Origin: Lama glama
Lineage: Eukaryota
Assembly: GCA_028534125.1 (NCBI GenBank)
Contig: CM052820.1
Location: 50,964,001 to 51,028,000, forward strand
Direction of reading: 5' to 3'
Length of the DNA stretch: 64,000 nucleotides
Shown: piece after piece, positions 27,271 to 37,040 of the stretch
Layout: every line of letters starts with the position of its first letter
Position numbering within the stretch: position 1 is the first letter of the stretch
Notes under the pieces: generated by a model
Databases searched by the model: none
Seen by the model: the letters and a program-made list of their open reading frames with translations, nothing else
What the model was told of the DNA's origin: nothing
Program-made: the position numbers and the translations under genes

Positions 27271-28149
27271 CTGTTGAACAAATAAGAAATCTCTACAGAG
27301 GAGATTATTCTGGCCCAGATGCATGCTGAATATATGCAGGAACAAAAACCACATGAAGGTGTGGAAGGCCATCTTGGGAAGAAAAAGAAAGCCGAGATAG
27401 AAAAAACCAAAAGGACCATGCTTGGGGAGGACTGGCGAGGGGGTGCACTACGAATTCTGTATCCAGGCCCTCTGAGGCCTGCTGAGCTTTGCTGCCTATC
27501 CTTCAAAATCCATGAAACTTCCTACTGCATTCTTTTAAAAAAGCTCGCCTTTCCACAAGGCATTTTAGTCCCTAACAGGCTGGTTTTAGTTCCTAACAAC
27601 CCAAAGGAGCCCGGCCCTCACCCTAACTGAATACCCTGCATTATCCCCTAAATGAATGGCCTGCATTATCCCACAGTGGAAGTACAGCCTTACCTTGCTG
27701 AAAATAAAGCAATCTGAAGCTCGTACCCTGTGAACTCCTGTGGTCAGTCATGCCTAGCGAGTATGACTTAAATAGAAACTTGTCCAGCAACATTTTATAC
27801 TAGTGAGAGAATTCATGATGAAGATTTCCATTCCTGAGTATGTTACTCAGAATATTTTGTCTAAATGTTATAGTATGTTCTATATGAATCACAAATCATA
27901 AAAGAATGATTTCAAAGCTAGAGAACAGCTTTTAAAAAGAAATCAGAAAAGTGAACAGTTAAAGTTCAGAGGAAATTCAGTACAAATATTAAATGTAATG
28001 AGTAACCAGAGATACAAAAAGGTAAAAAACACAGACTACATAGGCACGAACAAATTAGAGAATAATTCTAAACTAACATATAAACAAGTACACAATACAG
28101 TGGCAAAAGCTGCTAAGAGACTAGGTCCATTTGTAGGAACTGGTTTCTT

Positions 28150-28598
28150 TTTTCTTTTTTTTAATTTCTTTAATCAGTTTTATTGAGGATATATTTACAC
28201 ACACATATAACCGATTTTAAGAATTAGTTCTAACAAATATCTAATCTATATTTATATCCACTCATATAACTGAAACCACAACCAAGATACAGAACATTTC
28301 ATCATCTCAAAAAGTTCCAACTGACTATACTTCAATAAAAAAAAAAATCACAGATTTAAAAAAAAAAACCTTAGATAGTAAAGAATGTCTTAAATAGCAC
28401 AGGTAAAGCACTAAACTAAAAAAGAAAAGATCAATAAATATTCAACTTGATTTAAAAAAAAAGTTCCACCATGCCCCTTTACTATAAATTCTTCCAACCC
28501 CTACTTTTAGCTTCGGTCAACACCTAATCTACTACATGTTACTCAAGTGAATTTTTGTAAAACACAATCCTTATCATGTCACTTCCTCAATCAAACAC
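28150..28598 (-). mobile_element. TSD-flanked composite insertion (poly-A, L1M-like 3' end, L2-like piece)
   Basis: Perfect 19-bp direct repeat TTGTAGGAACTGGTTTCTT at 28131-49 and 28599-617; T tract and TTTATT at the left end. Confidence 0.7.
28320..28457 (+). mobile_element. Extreme L1 3' terminus with probable 3'-transduced flank
   Basis: ACTGACTATACTTCAATA11, then about 106 nt, AATAAA (28433) and A9; TSD AAAAAGTTCCA at 28309-19 and 28458-68. Confidence 0.7.
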
Positions 28599-29179
28599 TT
28601 GTAGGAACTGGTTTCTTCACAAACAACCTATGTGCACAGGGCTAGATGGAACCCACTCAAGTAGAGCTCAGATGTCATCACTTCTAGGAGGGCTTTCCTA
28701 ATCTTCCCTTTAGAGGTGGCTCTTAATGGTCTCACTGTATCGTGTATTCTTTCCTCACAGTTGTCACATTGTACATCATCTACTGTTTACATGTTGGTCT
28801 TCTCCACCAGTGAGCTCCTGGAGAACATAGGCCATGCCTTAATTTTCTCTGCCTCTTCAGCAAATACTTACCATATATATTAAGTGCTCAGTAAATATTT
28901 GTTTATTTACAGGATTAAAAATCAGAATTTTAAAATCCAATGAGGTTTTCTTAATTTAAAAAAAAACAGTTGTAGTTTCACAGAACACTAAGAAAATACA
29001 GAGAAATAAAATAAGAAAAATACTGCAACACTCATAAAGTCCCATCATCCAAACATAATCTCTCTCAACTGTAAATATCATTGTAGATACAAACATACAC
29101 ATGCACACACACACTCATATATACTCATACAAAGACGTATGGCCATATTTGTTCGTTTGTTTCACAAGGCAGTGGATCT

Positions 29180-30430
29180 GGTTTTTAGTCCAATCTCCCT
29201 ATTGAATTGCTATTTCAAAGATCTCTATCAGTCATGAAATTCAAGGCACTTAATCCTCATCCTCCCACCCTCCATGGCATTAGCCCTTAGCTTTCTAAAA
29301 CACTTCCCCCTTTTCTTTGTTTCCTTCACACCTTACTTTCCTGGTTCCTATTCTGCCTCTCCACCTCCTGGACCAAATTCCATTCTCCCATTAATGTGAA
29401 CATTTAAACTGAAGTCCTGCCTTCTGTCCTCCACTTGTCTTCCATCTAGCTCATCTACACCCAAGGTTTTAACTACCATGTCTTGGAAGGTGGTGCCATC
29501 TTTCCAGCCCTATTTCCATTCTGAGCTCCAGCCCAGGAGTACCAACTGCTTGCCACACATCTCCACTTACATGCACATCCTAATCCTCAGACATAGCATG
29601 TATAAAACTAAACTGACCACCTTTGGTTCCCCAAAACCTCTACTCAACTCCTAATGTCCATCAGGGGTCCCACTGTTTTCCTGGTAGCCCAAGCCACTGC
29701 CTCAATCTCACATTAGTCAGTCACTAAGCCACGTCCATTCTTTGTTCATTTCTATCCCTCCTTTCTATATCCACCACAGCCACCTCCGTGGATCTCACAA
29801 GGGATGGTTACAAAAGCCTCCTAACTTGTCTCCCTTCCTCTGGTCTCCTTTTATTACAAGTCCTCATGAACCTTACAACCAGACACAACATCCAAAACCA
29901 TCAATTCATTCATGTTATCACCGTGCCTAAACAATCTCTGATGGCTCCCTTTTCCAAAAAAATTAAAGACCAAATTCTTCAAATAGTTAAGAGCTCAGCA
30001 ACCTAAATGCAGCCTTCCATTCCTTTCCTAAAACTCCTTTCATTTCCTTGTATCAAGCTTATGATGAATTTCAACCTAACCTCTTGCCATTTCCTGAACC
30101 ATCCTTGGATGTCTGCACCTCGGTAATTCTGTCCATGTGATTTTTACCCCCAAGAGTGCTCATTCCACCATATCCATTCATCAAAAGTCCTGCCAGCCCT
30201 TCAAGAGGCAGCTCACATTCCCTAATCCCTCCACAGATAGGCAGCACCTACTCCTCTGAAACTATGTGAGGCTCATATATGATGAGCTACCCAGTGGTGT
30301 CCCTCTGTGAATAAACCTCAACTCCCCAATAGGGCCCCAAGCACCTTAAAGACAGGGGCTGTCTGATTCATATGAGTCCCCTCTGTCACTCATCAGACAT
30401 CTGTGAAACAACAGGTGCCACTGAGTGCAG
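29180..30430 (+). mobile_element. L2 fragments
   Basis: C/T-rich decayed L2 motifs (CTGAGCTCCAG...CAACTGCTTGC...ATCTCCACTT; GCCTCCTAACTTGTCTCCCT). Confidence 0.6.
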
Positions 30431-31409
30431 CTGAACAGAGAGGGCTGAATCTCAGAGTCTCAAAGCAATAACTTAAGTTGACCCTAGAAAAAGCATATGC
30501 CTTGGATTAGCAGGGGTTGTGGAAAAGACATTCCAGGGAAAAAAAAATTAGTGGAAGCATTTTGGGCATTTTCAGTAAGAAAGTCCTTCCCCGTTCAGGG
30601 CTGTCCTGCACACATCAGGACTGTGCCCCTAGCTCACTGTCTGCCAGAACCCCTTCCACTTTGACAACCAAGGACAGCACCTGGCCCAGCTGCCAGGTGA
30701 GAAGGGTTAATGCAAGGTGCTGCAGAGCAAGCTGCGTGAAGCTGGAGAGGGAACTGCTGAACCCTGACAAGATGTGACTGGAGCAAAAGAATTACTTCCT
30801 CCGAGGAGGTGAGAGGAACACCCAGCACCATCTATTCTCCAAACCCTTGTGCTGCTGTGGAGGCAATAAAGCAACTGACAGCCACTCCTGCCTTTTCTCT
30901 TCCACAGCTTCACTCATGCACACAGTGAAAAGCAGTGAAAACTAAGGTGAAGAGCATGGTCTCCAGCCCTGGATTCCAATGGCAGTTTTTACACTCACTA
31001 GCCGTGCTGGAAAGGGGAGACCTGCTTAATCCTCTGCACCTCTGCTTCGTCGTCCGTTAAATGGAAATAATGAAAGTCCCTACCTTTCAGATTTGTGTGG
31101 TAGTCCCAGCCAAAAGAAAGCACAACACACAATGTATATTACTTCACCTTGAAAAAACCCACTTTCTAGAAAAGAGAAGACTAGCACCATTACCCTTTTA
31201 GTAACCAGTAAAACCTCATCTATCATAGAGAACATTTCCTGAGTAAACACTAGATGCTGGACACCATGCCAGGTGCCATACTGCCACAAGGCAGTAACTA
31301 TTACTATTTCCACTTTTCAGACAAGAAAACTGAGGTATCAGAAGTTTAAGTAAGTTAAGCTCAGAACCAGGATTTAAATCTTTTTGTTTATCCAACTCTG
31401 ACACATTGA

Positions 31410-32030
31410 TTTTACCAATATTTAATGAGCATTTACTAAGTGTCTGGCATTGTTCTAGGTGCTGAGGATACAGCAATGGTCAAAACAGGCTACAACCATG
31501 CCTTCATGGGGCTTATATGCTAGAAGGGGGAGAGAGACAATCTACACATACATATGTGATGGGTACTGATCAACTGCTTGGAGAAAATAAAGTAGGAAAG
31601 GTGGATAGAAAGTTAAGAGTTGTGGTACGCAGGGGAACTGCAATTTTAAATAGCATGACCAGAGAGGTCTCATTGAGCAGGATGCATTGGAGAAATGACA
31701 GGAAAGTGAAGAAAGAGTAAAAATCGGGGCAGGGGAATCATTCCAGACAGAGGGTACAGGAAATGCAAAGACCCTGAGGCAGGCGTTTGCCTGGCTTATT
31801 CAGAATATAGCAAGAAGCCAGTTCAGCAGCAATAGAATAAGCAAGGGAGAGAAGTAGTAGGTGGAGTCACAGAGATATGGGTGGGGAAGAGGGAGATAGA
31901 TTAGTAGGTCTTCATCAGCCCTTGTAAGGTAAGGACGTGGCTTTCACTTAGACAGAAAGCTGTTGGTGGGATTTGAGCAGAAGGGACATGATGTGACATA
32001 CGTTTTAACAAGTTACTCTTGTGGCCGTGT
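31410..32030 (-). mobile_element. L2 3' fragment
   Basis: ATATTTAATGAGCATTTACTAAGTGTCTGGCATTGTTCTAGGTGCTGAGGATACAGCA...TGCAAAGACCCTGAGGCAGG. Confidence 0.78.
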
Positions 32031-33730
32031 GGAGATCAGACTGAAGGAGATGTCACTTGGAGGTCCCTTAAGAACAGCCAAAGTTATCACCAAGAACAAA
32101 GAAGCAACAATGCCTTCCTCAGCTCTAGCAGGTGTGATCATATGGACTTTTTTTTCCAGAGCAAAGTGTTTGGGAAGCCTCTTTCCACTCTATCTAGGAT
32201 GTCTTACTGAATGCATAGGTTATAGGGAACTGTCATTCAACTGTACTGTAACTGGAAGCCTTTCTAAAACAGACTGACAGCTTGCACCCGTAGCAGCTGG
32301 CTGGAAACTGCTGCATTCTCACTCCTCACTCCTCAGCCAAAGCTGAGTACAGAACTGGTTGGCTAGCCTAAGTATAAGGTATGCCTGCCAGGACTGGAAC
32401 ATTTAGAACATAGTCAAGTGGTAGGACAAAGTCCAAAGAGAGCTAGGCTTACACTTAGCCAGACATTCCACAAAATGCATAGCAACACCTACTCTGAGCA
32501 CATCATTAGAAGACTTTAAAATGAATCAAATTCAGTCCTGACCTAAGAGGGCAAACTGTTCAGTATGTGAAAGGATAGGATTTGAACACAAGTTACTACA
32601 CAGCAGTAAATATACACTACACGTGACACACTATCTAGTATCTGGTCACTTGATTATAAGTAACCACACTGCAAAATGGAAAGTGACAAATGTCTCATAA
32701 GGAGGGAGATGGTCCATCCAGCCTAGAGGATCCGGGGGTGGCATTTGACTTGAGCCTTAAAGAGGAAGCTGCAGCCAGAGACACACAGATAGACAGAAGG
32801 TGTGCCAGGCAGAAGGAGCAGATGGAGAGACTGGAAAATGGAGGACTCAGGACAGGAGCCATGGTTGGGAGAGTTTGAGAAGAGACCAGCAACTCTCATA
32901 AAAATCTTCCAGCAACATATTTTAAATGGTTGAGAAACACCAGTAGAGAGAAGTTAAAACCTCCCCATGTGAAGCAGTTTTCCTTATTATTCTCTCTCAT
33001 ACAATCCTGTTTATTGCCTCTACAGCACTAATGGTCATAGATACTATTGACGTACCTGTTTACTTACCAGGATACGAGCTCCATTAAGTTACTGACTTAT
33101 AAAATGGGGTTAAAACTGGGGCTAAATACCACCGAGCAGGTGAGGCAGAAGAGGGTTAAAGAAAAGTCTGGAATTTCTTCTTCAAAAGAAGTGTTGTGAG
33201 GAGGCTCCAGGTGAGAGTCTGGAGAGAATGGTCAGGATTTGAACCACCTCGTCAGCGAGCTAAAAGCAAGTGTTCCCAAGTGGCCTCTAGGCAGCATGGT
33301 CGCCCTGTCCATAGAACTGCACCTTGTGGGGCAGCTGGGGCCAGCTCATCGTCACTCAGCCTGGAGAACGGGTCTGAGCTGCAGGGACCCTGTGCTCAGA
33401 GTGGCAGGCAAAGATAATGAGTATGCGCCAAACATTTTTTTAAAAGACTTATAGAAAAATCAGACAAAAGTCATAGTTTTCATGGGCTAGTTAAAAAGTC
33501 ATTTGTCACTTAGGCCTCTAACTTTTGCAAAATGGCTGCTGTAGATGAAAAAGTTTCATTTAGCAACCTAAAAATATATTTCATTTGTGGAAGCGACCAT
33601 ACTTTACAAAAACCATGAGTAAATGAAAAAACATTAATAAGCAGAACACATTGTAAAATCCTTGCTTTCACTTACAGAAATAATTCTATTTTTCTGTGGT
33701 GAAATCTTTCGCTCTGAGGCAAAAAGTCAC

Positions 33731-34086
33731 TGCTATGAACTAAATGTGTCCACCCAGAATTCATATGTGGAAGCCCTAATCCCCAATGTGATGGTATTTG
33801 GAGGTGGGGCCTCTGGGAGGTGAGCAGGTCTAAGAGTGGACCCTTCATGCATACATGGGGTTAGTGTCCTTACAAAAGACTCTACAGAGAGATGATCACT
33901 CTCGCCCTGCCATGTGAAGACACAACAAGAAGTCCAAACCAAGAAGTGGGCTCTCAACAGAACCCAACCATGCTGGTACCCTGACCTTAGACTTCCCAGC
34001 CTCCAGAAACTGAGAGAAATAAATTTCTGCTTTTAAGCTATCCAGTCAATGGTATTCTGTTAAAGCAGCCTGAACAGACCAACATA
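33731..34086 (+). mobile_element. MaLR MLT1A-like solo LTR
   Basis: TGCTATGAACTAAATGTGTCC...GATGGTATTTGGAGGTGGGGCC...CAGCCTCCAGAAAC; 5-bp TSD GTCAC at 33726-30 and 34087-91. Confidence 0.88.
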
Positions 34087-34419
34087 GTCACCAAGCTATA
34101 TCACAGATCAAACTAGAAAACCATCTGATTTCATCATTGAGGGCTATATACTGAAGGGAAGGAAATCTTTAAAATTTACAAGATTTATCCTAACAAGTTC
34201 TAAATCACTTCATTAGTATGTAACTAATAAATAAGCACTTTTTATTAACAATCAATGTCCAGTTAGCATTATTCTAAAAATATATTCCTGAATCCAGATA
34301 CCTGTCACCACTGCCACCAGAGCCACCACAGCCCCTAAGGAACCTTCTGGGCAAATTAGAGAAAGGACTCCTTATCACCTCCGTTAGGCAGACACTTCCA
34401 ACAGGACACTACATGCAGC

Positions 34420-34995
34420 CCCGCTACCTCCTCCTCCAGGGTCCAAGTCACCCGGTCCCCTACCCAGACCACAGTCACGGCCTCCCCTCCTGTCCCGGCT
34501 TCTGTTCTTGCCCCGTTCCCAGCAGTCAGTTCCCCACACAGCTACAAACAAGATCTTTTTAAAAGTTACACAAAATGTCACTGCACTTAGAACAGGATCC
34601 CACCTTCTCCCACTACGGCCCACAAGGCCTCTCACTGCCTGGGGCCTTCTCGAACTCTCGTCACTGGCGTGCCGCCCCCGCCACCTCATCACCTCGCTGA
34701 ACCCGCCACGTCGTCACCTGGCTGTCCCCACGGCACCCGGAGCTCGCCCCCCTGAGAGGGGTCCCGGGCGGCTCCCCCAGCGGAAAGCACCCCCCACTCC
34801 ACCCCCGAGAGGCAACGCGGCAACCTTCCCATCACCCAGGGCCCTGCTTGCCTAGCTCATCCTCAGAAGAAGCTTCTGGAACTATCCGGTTTATTGCGGT
34901 TCCCCAGGGGTGAGAAGCAGTGTGCGGGACGGGCCGGGGTCCGGGGACGATTCACGCTCAGAGGGACAGAGGACAGAGTTGGCACAGGTGTGACG
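34420..34995 (+). mobile_element. CpG-enriched L2 remnant overlapping the CpG island
   Basis: Ordered L2 landmarks: CCAAGTCACC, TTCCCCACACAGCTACAAACAAGATCTTTTTAAAA, GGCCCACAAGGCCT, GTTTATTG, TTGGCACAG. Confidence 0.55.
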
Positions 34996-35420
34996 AGGAA
35001 GATGGCCGCTGCCTTTTGCGGGGACGCCTGAGCGGCGGAGGTGGGCGTGGGGGGGGCACCTCCTGCAGAGCCCAGCGCAGCCGCAGAGAAAGTGAACAAC
35101 CAGTTCTTTTGCTTTTCAACGGTTGAGTCTTACCTGAGACCTCCGAGGGAGCAGGGGATGACCCGAGGTGGGGGTGGGGGTGCGACAAGGGTGGGAGGGG
35201 GCGAGGAGGCGGGAAGAAGCCGGGGTCCTACCCGGAAGGCGCCCCCTCCCGCGCCAGGCGGGCTCGCCGCGACCCGCCCGGGGGCTGCTGAGCGCCTGGG
35301 CCCGGCGGCTTCTAGAGAAGGAAAAACCAGGCCTTTCGCATCTGGGGTGGCGGAAAACGCTCTGAACCAAAACCCGGGAGACCAGGTCTGGAGCGGCGGG
35401 CTTGACTTCCTGCGATTCTG
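34590..35420. promoter_or_regulatory. CpG island, probable alternative MYO3B promoter
   Basis: The only extended GC- and CpG-dense tract in an otherwise CpG-depleted window; GC-box-like motifs; minus-strand donor CAG|GTAAGA at 35134/35133. Confidence 0.8.
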
Positions 35421-36365
35421 CCAAATCTCTTAAGCCTCTTCACCTCTTTGTGCCTCAGTTTTCTCATCTGAAAAATGAGACGGTTGAACTAATCACTGTT
35501 TTCCAGAGTTTGTTCCAGGAAACACTCACGGTACTGGCTCAAACCCAGAGCTGCTGATACAGAATCTCCAGGGCAGAAGCTGGACACTGGCATTTGACAG
35601 AGCTCCCTAGACAATTCCAGTGATTTCTAGGTTTATCTCTAAGTTCCCTTCCCCAATGTTCTATTAATTTTAAACCTTAAAACTGTACAAATGCCGGGGG
35701 TAGGGGGCTAGAGTCACGGCATAATTGAATTTATCTAATATCGTTCAAATTGACCTTACCAAATCACAAAGCAGTCACGATGTCACAGTCACTAAGGAAC
35801 AATACACACCCACAGCTATGACAAATGATTAACTAAGTGATCAGATTTTTCACTTCCTCACCCAACTATGGGGAAATTTATCTTAGCTTTAGCTGCCTTA
35901 AACCTGAGTGAAATACATTAAAAGCAACTGCAAATTACTGATGACTAATGCCCTCCAATTTGACCTCAAGCTGAGAAATTCCACGCAGAAATAAAGTGGT
36001 TTATAATCCCACAGGTCCGTTCTGTTATAAACTGCAAGTGGCAAACCAGGTGGCTATGAACTATTCTCCGTGTGTGTGTGTGTGTTGTGTGTATGTGCGT
36101 GAGAAAAATCAGTGTTCAAGGAGGGTACTTCTACACTCCTTAAATGGGAATTTAACAGTTCAAACAAAAGGCAGATGCTAGTCTTGACAACCCAGGAATC
36201 TGGATGGCACCTGACAAGGGCCTGAGGCTAGAATGTCTGTCATCCCCCACCTCCCCCGCACCCTGTCACCTGCCCCCCAGCCAGGGCAGCTGCACCTGCC
36301 CTTTGCAGAAAAGCAATCAAGAGCAAGCACATAAGAAAGCTGGAAAGAAAATAACTGCAACTCAC

Positions 36366-36367
36366 AT
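36366..36367 (-). CDS. MYO3B: MYO3B probable exon 1, coding part (AT of a split ATG)
   Basis: Minus strand reads GGTCATCAAT|GTGAGT, a strong donor. Exon 2 begins G-AAA-CAT, so the junction gives ATG AAA CAT CTG = MKHL, the MYO3B N-terminus as I recall it. Intron 1 would be 16625-36365 (19.7 kb). The 5' end of the exon is not defined. Confidence 0.8.
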
Positions 36368-37040
36368 TGATGACCTATTTTCTGAATCCGGCTTGTCTGA
36401 GGTTGGATTGTCATCCCGCCCCAAAAAAAAAAAAACAGCCGAACACTTCAGGCCCGGGAAATGGCGTCTTTGAGGAGTGCCTGGGCCAGAATGTATGACA
36501 CCTTGTCACCAGAGGACTTTCTTCCGACCCAGGTTCCAAGTGGTGTTAGCCTGTCAGGGCTATTGTGGGAGCAGCTAATAAATCTACCAAATCCTTGGGG
36601 GCACTTCACTATTAGCCAAGATTAACGTGATGCTAATTGGTAGTGAAACTGATCTAGTTAGCGTCTCCTACCAGCATAAGCAGCAAAATCAAAACCATCC
36701 TCCCAGGCTCCAAGTGCACATCATGTAATATTTCCAATGTTGTATTCCCCCAACTTCTGGCTGTAATGCCCCTTCATTCCAGACACTGCACAATCAAACT
36801 AATCATCTTTTCCTGAGTCAAGAACTCAGTCGAGGCCTGCACACAGGTTCACTTTACTGAGCTGTAGTTGCACCTGGGGGGAAATGCCATGCAGTTCTGA
36901 TCTGAATTCCTAAAGAAAGAAAAATGACTGTTCAACAGCATTCACCACCACACTCCGGGCTCTGTGCAGAACCCTGGGCTAAGAGGAGAGGGCAGGAGCT
37001 AGGAATAGGACTGCCATTCCAATAACCCTGGATTAGCTGG
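36368..37040 (-). promoter_or_regulatory. Exon 1 5'UTR and putative proximal promoter
   Basis: Non-repetitive sequence 5' of the exon 1 donor; contains TTAATCT (36619-25), CAATTAG (36633-39) and CTAATCC (37030-36) on the minus strand. TSS not determinable. Confidence 0.45.

Noticed and set aside
27563-27672. Short direct repeats (TTTTAGT.CCTAACA twice, CCTGCATTATCCC twice)
   Set aside because: Only two copies each; ordinary slippage duplications, not a CRISPR-like array.
34384-35433. Overlapping 65-130 aa ORFs on both strands
   Set aside because: Low-complexity Pro/Arg/Gly/Ala ORFs expected from stop-poor GC-rich DNA; no recognisable domain.
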